64,000 nt of DNA, taken from positions 5,536,001 to 5,600,000 of the forward strand of contig OZ250169.1 in assembly GCA_965237955.1 (NCBI GenBank), in the 5' to 3' direction. A program made the translations under genes and the position numbers. The stretch comes from Candidatus Marinacidobacterales bacterium (GTDB lineage Bacteria; Acidobacteriota; Vicinamibacteria; Marinacidobacterales; SMYC01). Shown here in pieces: positions 30,300 to 40,920 of the stretch. The notes under the pieces are model-generated. The model was not told the origin of the DNA and did not search any database. It saw only the letters and a program-made list of their open reading frames with translations. The number at the start of each line of letters is the position of its first letter. Position 1 is the first letter of the stretch.

Positions 30300-31510
30300 A
30301 TGGCCCGTCCCAGAACCAAGAACGACCAGATTTTCCGTCACCTCGTCAAGGCGATTCGGGGCGGTGTCTACAAACAGGGCGACCGCCTTCCGGCCGACCA
30401 TCAGATCCGGTCAGGAGTTTGGTGTTTCGCGTCCGACCGTGGCCAAGGCGCTCAATGAACTGCAAAGCGCCGGCCTCGTCGAACGGCGCATCGGCTCGGG
30501 CACCTACGTGACCTACGAGCCGGCCAACGGCGAGCGGATGATGCTCGGGTTGCTCATTCCGAATCTCGGCGAGACCGAGATCTTCGAACCCATCTGCGGC
30601 GGCATGGCCGACCTGGCCCACTCGTACAGCGCCGATCTGTTGTGGAGCGGTCGCATCAGCGAAACGATCGCCGATCCCAAGCGTCAGGCGCTGCAACTGT
30701 GTGACCGGTACATCGACCAGGGCGTCGGCGGTGTGTTTTTCGCACCGATCGAGTTCGATCCGGAAGCCGACGCCATCAACGGTCAGATCGTCGACAAGCT
30801 CGTCGCCGCCGGTGTGCAGATCGTGCTGCTCGATCGCGACCATCTGCCGTACCCGCGACGCAGCAATTTCGATCTGATCGGCATCGACAATTTTCACGCC
30901 GGGTTTTCTGTTGCCGAGCACCTGATGGCGACCGGCTGTGGCCGCATCATTTTCCTCGGTCGGCCCCAGTCGGCTTCGACCGTGCAGGAGCGCGTCTTCG
31001 GTTATCAGGCGGCCCTGCTGCATCACGACGTGCAACCCGATTCGGCGCACGTGATCTGGTGCGATCCGGAAGAGAGTCCTGCCTGCAGCGCGCCTTTCAG
31101 GACCGGCCTTTCGCAGCGGCTCAAGGGACTGAACATCGACGCGGTGATCTGCAGCAACGACGCCACGGCGGCATCGCTGATGAAACAGTTGCAGGCGGCC
31201 GGCATTCGGGTGCCGGGTGATTTGCGCGTTGCGGCGTTCGACGACGTCAAGGCGGCCCTGCTGCATCACGTACGCGCACCGGCCTTTCGCAGCGGCTCAA
31301 GGGACTGAACATCGACGCGGTGACTGATTTGCGCGTTGCGGCGTTCGACGACTGAGCCCTTCGCTGACGACCGTTTGTCAACCGTGTGCTTCGATCGCCG
31401 CGGTGGCCATGAACACGATGAAGACGCGTCTGGACGCGACCGACCTACCGGCCCGCACGGTTCGGCTCCGGGGTGAACTGGTCGTGCGCGAGTCCAGCGT
31501 TCAAGCTTGA
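30300..31510 (+). pseudogene. GntR-HTH/LacI-sensor transcriptional regulator, frameshifted and scrambled
   Basis: MARPRTK...GDRLP then EFGVSRPTVAKAL (frameshift ~30408); CSND and AAFDD; the C-terminus SLTTVCQP...GELVVRES follows an internal patch duplication. Confidence 0.8.
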
Positions 31511-31542
31511 ACTTCACGATCCTTTTGATGAGGAGCTTCGAC

Positions 31543-32523
31543 ATGTTTCGATTCACGCTGGCAGCCGCAGCACTCGTTGCGATGACACTCGTCGCATGTG
31601 GCAATTCCGACCCCGCCAAGGACGGTGGCGCCAAGAAGGTCGACGGCAAACAGAAAGTCATCGGCATCACCATCATGACCGCGAAGAATCCGTTCTTCGT
31701 TCAACTCGCCGACGCCGCGAAGGCCGAAGCGAAAAAAAACGGGTTCAAGGCCGTCATCCGTGACGGCGCCAACGACGCCGACAAGCAGGCCTCGCAGATT
31801 CAGGACTTCATCGAGCAAGGGGTCGACGCGATTCTGCTCACGCCCTGCAACGCTCAGCTTGCCGGAGCTGCCGTTCGGGAGGCGAACAAGGCCGGCATTC
31901 CGGTTTTCACCGCCGACACCGGCGTGCTCGACGAAAAAGCGCAGATCGTTTGCCACATCGCCACCGACAACTACGCCGGCGGCAAACAGGCCGGCGCTGC
32001 GATGATCGAGGCGCTGGGCGGCAAGGGCGGCAAGATCCTTGTCCTTGACTACAAGGTGGCCCAGTCCTGCCTGCAGCGCGTCAAGGGTTTCAAGGAAGTG
32101 GTCGACGCCCACAACACCAAGAACCCGTCGGCCCGGATCGTGATCGTCGCCGAACTGCCCGGCGAAGCGTCGCGCGATCCCAGTTCCAAGGCGGCGGCCG
32201 ACGTGCTGGAAAAGAACAAGGATCTGGTGGGTGTCTTCGCGATCAACGATCCGTCGGCGCTCGGTGCCGTGGCCGCGATCGAAGCGGCCGGTTTGCAGAA
32301 GCAGGTCAAGGTCATCGGCTTCGACGGTCAACGGATCGGCAAGGAAGCGATCAAGGAAGGCAAGATCTACGCCGACCCGATTCAGTTCCCCGAAAAAATG
32401 GGCCGGATGTCGGTGCAGAAGATGGTCGAGTTCTTCGAGGGCAAGCGACCGGAAAAGCAGATCCTGATTCCTACCGCCCTCTATCGCAAGGCCGATGCCG
32501 AGAAAGACCCTGACCTGAAATGA
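31543..32523 (+). CDS. Sugar ABC transporter substrate-binding lipoprotein (RbsB-like)
   Basis: LVAC lipobox; NPFF, ATDNYAGG, FAIND and IGFDG motifs. Confidence 0.92.
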   Translation: MFRFTLAAAALVAMTLVACGNSDPAKDGGAKKVDGKQKVIGITIMTAKNPFFVQLADAAKAEAKKNGFKAVIRDGANDADKQASQIQDFIEQGVDAILLTPCNAQLAGAAVREANKAGIPVFTADTGVLDEKAQIVCHIATDNYAGGKQAGAAMIEALGGKGGKILVLDYKVAQSCLQRVKGFKEVVDAHNTKNPSARIVIVAELPGEASRDPSSKAAADVLEKNKDLVGVFAINDPSALGAVAAIEAAGLQKQVKVIGFDGQRIGKEAIKEGKIYADPIQFPEKMGRMSVQKMVEFFEGKRPEKQILIPTALYRKADAEKDPDLK

Positions 32524-34025
32524 TCGAGACGGCGCCAAAGTCCGACGCCCCGTTGCTGGAGATGGCGACCATCGTCAAGTCCTTCCCCGGTGTGCGTGCG
32601 CTCAAGGGCGTGGACTTGTCGCTTCGAAAAGGCGAGGTTTTGGCGCTGATCGGCGAGAACGGTGCCGGCAAGAGCACGCTGATCAAGGTGCTCAGCGGCG
32701 CCCATCCACCCGACAGCGGATCGATTCGGATCGCCGGTGAGTCGGTCGAGTTTGCCACGCCGCGCGCGTCGATGGAAGCGGGCGTCGGGATCATCTACCA
32801 GGAGTTCAATCTGGTGCCGTTTCTTTCGGCCGCGGAGAACATCTTTCTCGGCCGGGAAGTGACGCGCGGGCCGGTGGTCGACAAGGCCGCCGAGCGGCGA
32901 CAGGCCGCCGCCCTCTTTGAGCGCATCGGCATGCGCATCGATCCCGAGACGCCCTGCCACATGCTGTCGATCGCCGAACAACAGGTCGTCGAGATCGCAA
33001 AGGCCTTGGCGACCGATGTGCGCATCCTGGTGATGGACGAGCCGAGTGCGACCCTCACGCCGCAGGAAGTGGAGAAACTCTTCCAGATCATCCGCGGTCT
33101 GCAAGCCCAGGGCATCGGCATCGTGTACATCAGCCATCGTCTCGATGAAATTCTTGAAATTGCCGATCGGGTGATGGTGTTGCGCGACGGGGAACACGTG
33201 GAGACCCGGCCGATCGATCAGATCAATCGGCGTCAGATGATCGAGCTGATGGTCGGCCGGACGGTGGAAAACGAATTTCCCAAACACGACCACTCCATCG
33301 GTGCCGTGCGACTTCGCGTCGAGGGATTGTCCCGAGGAACCATGGTTCAGGATGTCAGCTTCACGGTCTCGGCCGGTGAGGTTCTCGGCATCACCGGGCT
33401 CGTGGGCGCCGGTCGGACAGAGACGGCACGGTTGCTGTTCGGCGCCGATCGGGCCGAGTCGGGCACCGTCACGCTCGACGGAAAACCGCTGCACCTCAGC
33501 AGTCCGCGCGCCGCGATCCGTGCGGGGATTTGTTTGTTGACCGAAGACCGAAAGGGTCAGGGGCTCGTCTTGACCCATTCCGTACGCGAAAACTTCGGCT
33601 TGCCGAATCTCGACCAGTTTGAGCGCGATGGTGTTTTGCAGCCGGCAAAGGAAAAGCAAGCGTTCGACGAGTTTGTCGAGTCGCTCCGGATCAAGATCTC
33701 CAGCGTCGAACAGGGTGCCGGGCAGCTCAGCGGCGGCAATCAGCAGAAGGTGGTGCTGGCGAAATGGCTGCAGCGGAACTGCGAAGTGATCGTGATCGAC
33801 GAGCCCACGCGGGGCATCGATGTCGGCGCCAAGTACGAAATCTATCTGTTGATCAATGAGCTCGCCGCCGCCGGCAAAGCGATCGTGATGATCAGCTCGG
33901 AGCTGCCGGAAGTGCTCGGCATTGCCGATCGTGTGCTGGTCATGCGGCAGGGACGGATCAGCGGCGAGATCGATGATCCGCAGAACGCGACGCAGGAACA
34001 GGTCATGGAACTGGCCGCCCATTGA
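32520..34025 (+). CDS. Sugar ABC transporter ATPase (RbsA-like, two domains)
   Basis: GENGAGKS, MDEP, LSGGNQQK and DEPTRGIDVGAK. Confidence 0.95.
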   Translation: MIETAPKSDAPLLEMATIVKSFPGVRALKGVDLSLRKGEVLALIGENGAGKSTLIKVLSGAHPPDSGSIRIAGESVEFATPRASMEAGVGIIYQEFNLVPFLSAAENIFLGREVTRGPVVDKAAERRQAAALFERIGMRIDPETPCHMLSIAEQQVVEIAKALATDVRILVMDEPSATLTPQEVEKLFQIIRGLQAQGIGIVYISHRLDEILEIADRVMVLRDGEHVETRPIDQINRRQMIELMVGRTVENEFPKHDHSIGAVRLRVEGLSRGTMVQDVSFTVSAGEVLGITGLVGAGRTETARLLFGADRAESGTVTLDGKPLHLSSPRAAIRAGICLLTEDRKGQGLVLTHSVRENFGLPNLDQFERDGVLQPAKEKQAFDEFVESLRIKISSVEQGAGQLSGGNQQKVVLAKWLQRNCEVIVIDEPTRGIDVGAKYEIYLLINELAAAGKAIVMISSELPEVLGIADRVLVMRQGRISGEIDDPQNATQEQVMELAAH

Positions 34026-34065
34026 GAATCGACCAATCGACGTGACCGAGTCCAAACATAGAGCG

Positions 34066-35403
34066 ATGTTTTCCCGATTCATGGTCGACTACGGCATGAT
34101 CGTGGTGCTCGGGATTCTGGTGGCCGTCTTCAGCGTGCTCACGATCGAGGATCAGCAGAACGTCGGCGCGGCGGCCGGCGCCGAATTGGCCGAAAAGATC
34201 AAGGATGCAGACGGTCCCCAGACCGTCGTCATCGTGGCGCCGGGTGATCTGGGGACGTTGCTCATCGAGGAACTGACCGAGCAACTCGAAGGCACGGAGC
34301 ACAAAGTGATCGGCAAGGTGCAGGGCACACCGGCCGACGCGGTGGATCAATTTCAGGCGCTGGAAGCGGCCGGTGAGAAAGCCACGATCGTTGCGTGCAC
34401 ACCGCAAACCGCCCGCTGGGCACCGGTGGAGAAGCGCGATCAGCACGCCGCCATCGCCGGCAGCACGCTGCTGACGCCCGATGAATACAAGTGGCCGACC
34501 GTTGTGACACGCGGCAACCTGCTCAACGTCGCTCAGCAGATTTCGATCATTGCCATCATCGCGATCGGCATGACGCTGGTCATCATCACCGCCGGCATCG
34601 ATCTGTCGGTCGGCAGCCTGATCGCTCTGGCGGCGGTGACGTCGATGATGCTGATCCGAGACGTCGCCGGTGCCGAAGACGCCACCATGACCGGCATGAT
34701 TCTCTCCGGCCTTGCGGGCGTCGGGGCGTGCGGTCTGATGGGACTGATCTCAGGTTTCTTCGTGGCCGCGTTTCGCTTGCCGGCGTTCATCGTGACGCTG
34801 GCGATGATGCTCATGGCGCGGGGCTTGGCGATGATGCTGACGCGCGCCGAATCGATCAACGAAGTGCCCGATGCGTTTGGCTGGCTCGGTGCCGGCCGCA
34901 CAATAGGCATTCCCAACTCCGTCATACTCATGTTTGTTCTGTACGGCGCGGCGCACTTCGTGATGTCGCGGACGAAGCTCGGTCGTCACATCTATGCCAT
35001 CGGCGGCAACGAAGAGGCGGCGAGGCTTTCGGGCGTACCCGTGCAGCGCGTGTTGCTGATCGTTTACACCGCCTGCGGTCTGTTTGCGGGTCTTGGCGGC
35101 GTGATCATGGCCTCGAAGCATCAGGGCGTGGAACCGAACGTCGGGGCGATGGCCGAGCTGACCGTGATCGCCGCGGTGGTCGTCGGCGGCACGAGCTTGA
35201 TGGGCGGCCAGGGCAAAATTTTAGGAACGCTGATCGGTGCGTTCATCATCGCCGTGATCAAGAACGGCATGAACCAGGTCAACGTTTCTTCGTTCGCTCA
35301 GGATTTTGTACTCGGGGCCGTGATTCTCGGTGCGGTTCTCACCGATCAGTGGCGGAAGGGTCAAGTGAACTGGCAGAACTTCCGGAGTCTGTTTGCGCGT
35401 TAA
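34066..35403 (+). CDS. Sugar ABC permease (RbsC-like) with large periplasmic insertion
   Basis: GIDLSVGS, AIGGNEEAARLSG and IAAVVVGGTSL.GG.G. Confidence 0.92.
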   Translation: MFSRFMVDYGMIVVLGILVAVFSVLTIEDQQNVGAAAGAELAEKIKDADGPQTVVIVAPGDLGTLLIEELTEQLEGTEHKVIGKVQGTPADAVDQFQALEAAGEKATIVACTPQTARWAPVEKRDQHAAIAGSTLLTPDEYKWPTVVTRGNLLNVAQQISIIAIIAIGMTLVIITAGIDLSVGSLIALAAVTSMMLIRDVAGAEDATMTGMILSGLAGVGACGLMGLISGFFVAAFRLPAFIVTLAMMLMARGLAMMLTRAESINEVPDAFGWLGAGRTIGIPNSVILMFVLYGAAHFVMSRTKLGRHIYAIGGNEEAARLSGVPVQRVLLIVYTACGLFAGLGGVIMASKHQGVEPNVGAMAELTVIAAVVVGGTSLMGGQGKILGTLIGAFIIAVIKNGMNQVNVSSFAQDFVLGAVILGAVLTDQWRKGQVNWQNFRSLFAR

Positions 35404-35422
35404 CGTTGGAAGGAAACGATTC

Positions 35423-36274
35423 ATGTCTGAACCATACAGCTGCGAAAAACAATACATCGGCAACTTCGGCTATCCGGTCTGGGAGAACCCGACCGAGCAC
35501 ATGGTCAACGCCGCGTTTGATCACCACGGCCTCAGTTGGAAGTACGTGACGTATGAAGTTCCCGCCGGCAATCTCAAGGCCGCCTTTGAAGGCGTCAAGG
35601 CGCTGGGCTACCGCGGCTTCAACTGCACGCTGCCGCACAAGGTGGCGATCATCGAACACCTCGACGGTCTCGGCGAGTCCGCCGAGCTGATGGGCGCGGT
35701 CAATTGCGTGGTGAATCGAGACGGCAAGTACATCGGCGAGAACACCGACGGCAAGGGCTTTCTCGAGTCGCTCACACCGGTGGTGGACCCGGCCGGCAAG
35801 AAAGTGTCGATCTTCGGCGCCGGCGGCGCGGCGCGGGCGGTGTCGGTGGAGCTGGCGCTGTCGGGTGCGACGTCGATCACGATCGTCAATCGTTCAGTGG
35901 ATCGCGGCAAGGAACTGGCCGGACTGATCAACGGCAAAACGCAGACGCCGGCAACGTACGAGCCGTGGGAAGGCGATTACGCGATTCCCGGCGACGTCGA
36001 CATCGTCGTCAACTCGACGTCGATCGGCCTGTTTCCGGACACCTCGCGCGTCGCCGTCGATGTTTCGACGTTGCGGGCGGACCTGGTGGTGGCCGACATC
36101 ATTCCCAATCCGCCGACGACGGCCTTCTTGACCGAGGCCGAGGCGGCCGGATGCACCACGATCGACGGCATGGGGATGCTGGTGAACCAGGGGAAGATCG
36201 GGATCAAGTATTGGACCGGCGTGGAGCCGGATACGTCGGCGATGCGAGCCGCTTTGGAAGAAATCTTCGATTAA
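35423..36274 (+). CDS. aroE: Shikimate/quinate dehydrogenase family protein
   Basis: GFNCTLPHK, GAVNC, NTDGKG, GAGGAARA, NR and GMGMLVNQG. Confidence 0.85.
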   Translation: MSEPYSCEKQYIGNFGYPVWENPTEHMVNAAFDHHGLSWKYVTYEVPAGNLKAAFEGVKALGYRGFNCTLPHKVAIIEHLDGLGESAELMGAVNCVVNRDGKYIGENTDGKGFLESLTPVVDPAGKKVSIFGAGGAARAVSVELALSGATSITIVNRSVDRGKELAGLINGKTQTPATYEPWEGDYAIPGDVDIVVNSTSIGLFPDTSRVAVDVSTLRADLVVADIIPNPPTTAFLTEAEAAGCTTIDGMGMLVNQGKIGIKYWTGVEPDTSAMRAALEEIFD

Positions 36275-36390
36275 CAAGTGCCCGCGTGGCGGGATCAACA
36301 CTGGGAGGGACGAACCATGAAACGCCGGATATTCTTTTGGCCTTCGACAATCCCTTGGTTGCCCGCGGTCCGCCTTCGACGTAACATTGC

Positions 36391-38972
36391 TTGGTCGTGT
36401 TGCTCCAATCGGGTCACAAACTCGCCCATTACGAGATCCTCGAGCCCATCGGGAAAGGCGGGATGGGAGAGGTTTATCTGGCGCGGGATGGGAAGCTCGG
36501 TCGGGATGTGGCGATCAAGGTCCTTCCGGATGAATTTGCCCAAGATGAAGAGCGACTCAGACGATTCCAGCGAGAGGCGAAAGTCCTCGCCTCGCTGAAC
36601 CACTCCAACATCGCCTCGATTTACGGTCTGGAGCAATCCGACAGCACGCACTACCTCGTTCTCGAGCTCGTTCCTGGAGAGACTCTGGCGGAGCGGATTG
36701 CACGAGGACCGATTCCACTAGACGAGGCTGTCGAAATCGCCACCAAGATCGCCGCGGCACTAGAGGAAGCTCACGAGCAAGGGATCGTCCATCGGGACCT
36801 GAAACCGGCCAACATCAAGCAGACCGAGGACGGCAAGATCAAGGTTCTGGACTTCGGTTTGGCGAAAGTCTTCCAGGAGGAAACACCTGACGCCGACAGC
36901 TCGATGTCACCCACGCTCACACGAGATGCTACTCGGGACGGTGTCATTCTTGGCACCGCTGCGTACATGAGCCCGGAGCAAGCCAAAGGCAGGCGGGTCG
37001 ATAAGAGGGCGGATGTTTGGGCGTTCGGTGTCGTGCTGTATGAGATGTCGTACGTGTTGAGGAAGGAGCCGGCTTGGGAGGCGTTGCCTGCCGAGACACC
37101 TGCCGAGCTTCGCCAGGCACTGCGCGTCTGTCTTACGAAGGATCCCAAGCGCCGAGTTCGCGACATTGCCGATGTGCGACTCGCCATCGACGGAGCGTTC
37201 GAGACGAGAGCAGACGTTTGTTTCCCAGTCGGCCGATTGGCGTCGTCATGGCGGCCGCTGCCGGATTGTTGCTCAGCGTCATCACCGGCGTCGCGGTGTG
37301 GAATCTGAAGCCTGAAGCGCCACGACGCGTCGTACGGTTTTCGCTTCCGTTGCCCCCGGGCGATTTACTGACAGGTACGGGTCGTCACGTCGTGGCTCTC
37401 TCTTCGGACGGTACCCGCCTCGTTTATAGTGCGAACGGGCAGCTTTACCTCCGTGCGATGGACCAAATCGAGGCGACTCCCGTCCGAGGCACGGAAGGCG
37501 GTGCTCGAAGTCCCTTCTTCTCTCCCGACGGTGAGTGGGTAGGCTTTTATGTAGACGGCCAACTCAAGAAGGTCGCCATCCGTGGCGGTGCACCCGTGAG
37601 TCTATGTGACGCAATAAATCCGTGGGGTGCTCGGTGGGGAGCCGATGACACCATTGTTTTCGGGCAACGTGGGGCTGGCATCATGCAGGTGTCCGCCGAT
37701 GGAGGCACGCCCGAGGTTCTCATCTCGATGGAGAAAAGGGACGAGGTCGGCCATGGCCCGCAGGTCTTGCCGGGCGAAAAAGCCGTGCTCTTTACCCTCG
37801 GGGACGGTACGAACTGGGATGACGCGCAGATCGTGGTGCATTCTCTCGAGACCGGTGAGAGAAAGGTTCTGATCGAAGGCGGCAGAGACGCCCGCTACGT
37901 GCCCACGGGGCACCTGGTCTACGTCTTGGATGGAACGCTTTTGGCCGTGCCGTTTGATGTGGACAAGCTCGAGGTGACGGGCGGTCCCATACCCATGGCC
38001 GAGGGCGTCATGACCGCTGGTGTGCGTACGGGAGCCGCGCACTTCAGCGTTTCGGACACGGGTGGCTTGGTCTATGTCTCGGGAAGCGGTCTAGAGAGCC
38101 ACACGCTCGTCTGGGTGGATCGGGACGGAAGAGAAGAGGCACTGGCAGCCGAGCCGCGTGCCTATAGGTATCCGCGTATCTCTCCCGATGGGAGCCGCGT
38201 CGCCGTCGATATGCGCGACCAGGAGAGCGACATCTGGATTTGGGACTTCGCCCGGGAGACACTGACCCGGCTCACGTTCGCTCCCGGCGGGGACCTCCTC
38301 CCGGTTTGGACGCCGGACGGGAGGCAGGTGGCGTTCGCCTCTAACCGTGACGGGACATTTGACCTTTACTGGAAAGCGGCCGACGGCACCGGTGCGGTCG
38401 AGCGACTGACCGAAAGCGAGAACAATCAATTTCCATACGCCTTCACCCCGGACGGGAAGCAGTTGGTGTTTCTCGAAGTAGGGCAAAACCGCGACCTCGG
38501 AGTGCTTTCCCTCGAGGGCTCTTCGGAGCCGCTTCTGGCGACCGAGTTCGCGGAACGAAACGCGGAGATCTCTCCAGACGGCCGGTGGCTGGCCTACGAG
38601 TCGAACGCCTCGGGCCAGAACGAAATCTATGTGCGGCCGTTCCCGAACGTCGAGGATGGGCAGTGGCTGATCTCGAGCGGCGGTGGTACGCGGCCTTTGT
38701 GGGCTCCGGACGGCCGCGAGTTGTTCTATCTGGCTCCCGGCGCAAGACTGATGGCGGTCGATGTTCAGACCGAGCCTAGCTTCGCTCCCGGTAACGCCGA
38801 GGAGGTCTTCGCGGGGTACTACGCGCCGGCGGGCGGACGCCCCTACGACATCTCCCCCGATGGCGAGCGCTTCCTGATGATCAAGGAAAGTGCGGGCGTC
38901 GACTCGACGGAATTCATCACCGTCATCAACTGGTTCGAAGAACTCGAGCGGCTCGTCCCCACGGACAACTGA
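36391..38972 (+). pseudogene. Ser/Thr kinase fused to TM and PD40/TolB-like propeller; internal deletion and frameshift ~37215
   Basis: GKGGMG, HRDLKPAN, DFG and YMSPEQ; LYEM runs directly into SYVLRKEP; SPDG repeats; ends NWFEELERLVP. Confidence 0.85.
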
Positions 38973-39336
38973 TGTCCCTCCAACCCGGCACCCGACTCGG
39001 TAACTACGAAGTCCTCTCCGACCTGGGCTCCGGCAACAGCTACTCCCCTTACCTACATCTACCGCGCCAGCCCTCGACCCTACCAGCTCCTGTGATACCT
39101 TGAGGTCGGAGATGTCGAACATGAATCCTCGAAGAATGATGGCTTCGCCTCTCACGGAATCCAGCCGTTGACGACATCACGGCTCCAGGCGGTTTCGCCA
39201 TCAGCTAAAGTTTTTTGGTCCTCCTGCCCTTTCTGTGGATCCCGATTAGGGGCGCAGGCCATCGCGCCTCCAGCAGACCACGGTGCTCACCGGCGTCAAA
39301 GCTGCCCTCGCTTCGCTCGACCGCTGCGCCGGCCTT

Positions 39337-39368
39337 GACTCCTTATTCTGACGTCAGAATAAGGAGTC
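39337..39368. repeat. Perfect 32-bp palindrome
   Basis: GACTCCTTATTCTGAC|GTCAGAATAAGGAGTC. Confidence 0.95.
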
Positions 39369-40726
39369 TTATTCTCCCCTTGCGATTATGCAGACCTTGT
39401 ACGTAGAGAGCGCCGCTCGGTATGTGCACAACCTGCCATGGAGACGAGGTCGCGATTTAGCCCGAGCTGCAAAGAGCTCATCGCCGAGTCCCACCCGGAC
39501 GACGAGGCGACCGGTTTCGAAGTCGGCGACCTCCGAGGCTGGATGTGGGCCGAAGTGCCTCGCGAGCAATAACCTCTCCCCGCTTGGGCCGCTTGGGCCG
39601 CTTGGGGAAGACTCCTGGGAACGACTCTCTCTCTGTCTGTCTAGACGGAGTTGAAGTGTCGGTCGCGGTTCACGCACGCGGTCCGCTGAGCGACGGTAGC
39701 GGTCCATCTTGTCTTTGCCGAAGTCCAGCTCAGCCATGTAACCGTTATGCGTTTTGCAAGCGAGCCGAATATTTTCAGCGCTTCGATCGCCGCCGACGCC
39801 ATAGGGCTCGTCGTGGTGGAACTCCACTCCCTCGCGCGCCGGGCAGCGCCTGCCGTCTTTGGTCTCATACGTGCATTGACCGCCGTCACGCTCCCATACG
39901 AAGCGTCTCACCGGGGCGGAGATGCCGCGCACACCGGGCGACGTGTCGGCTTCTTCGAGACTCTTTCTCGTGTTTTTCGTCTTACCGAAACGCTTGGCTT
40001 CCAGCCGTTCGAGTTTCTCGCTCACGGCAGCTTCCATAACCGAAGCGAGGTCTACGCCAGGCATGAGCGCGGAGAGCCGCTCGATTTTGTCACGAAACTC
40101 GGCGCTCGCCGTGAACTGAACTTTATAACGCGCGGGGGCCAGCGGCTCGACGACCGCCAGCTTCTCAGGTGCTTTCGGAGCAGGAGCTGGCGGAGGGGCC
40201 TGACAATTCTCTCCGACGCTGTCTGGACCGGCTCCGTCTGAACGAGGCTCGGTCGGCGTTTGTGGCACGAACTTCGCTTGCCGCGACACCAACTTGCGAA
40301 CCACCGACGGGACATCCGGCTTCGGCGCAATCTCGGCCACCAGTTCTTTGATCGCGTCCTTGGTCTTGTGAATGGCTCGAGTAAAAGCTCATCGCAATTG
40401 GCTTTGGTTAGATGCGGTGCCAGCACGCAGATGCCACTCAAGTGGAGTCGTCCATCCTCGACCATCGTCAGGAGCACGGGATATTCGCGCGACGCTCGTG
40501 CGGCCGCAATCCGCAGATACGCCTCCGCCTTCGACAAGTGCAACTCATCGATACAATATTGGAACATCGAAGGCGAGGCTTCACGAGCAAAGAGTCTGCG
40601 CGCATCGACTTCGGCGATGTGCGCGACGAGAACAGACTCGACGCGCCGCGACTGAGCCAACACATCCGACAGTCGACGGAGTAGCTCGTCATCCGATAGC
40701 GATTTCAATTCTTGCGTTTTCTTCAT
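39369..40726 (-). CDS. HNH endonuclease with DUF222-like helical N-terminus (frameshift ~40385)
   Basis: LSDDELL...LVAHIAEVDARRL...GRLHLS; VWERDGGQC...RC...EFHHDEP...GG...NIRLACKTHN. The 3' end probably runs past its natural stop. Confidence 0.82.
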
Positions 40727-40920
40727 GTGCTTCTTATAACATGGACTTTTTAGACGCTCTGAGTTGGCGCCTGTCGGGTGTAAACACGTCGAGAGACTTC
40801 CGAAGTCATTTCGAGCGAAACGATGCGCTTGTCGTTTCTTCAGCGCGTGCACAGTGGCATTACAGATCGTGTCTGCGATTTTTGTCGAGTCGCTTCGAAA
40901 AAGCTGTCAAGCACAAAGTG

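Noticed and set aside
32481-34082. Long antisense ORFs (e.g. 533 aa here, 490 aa at 48335-49807, 354 aa at 38091-39155)
   Set aside because: Shadow ORFs of well-supported genes in GC-rich DNA with no family motifs.
39580-39608. CCGCTTGGG x3 tandem repeat (also GCGCCTC x3 at ~61082)
   Set aside because: Short slippage-type repeats with no spacers or associated genes.
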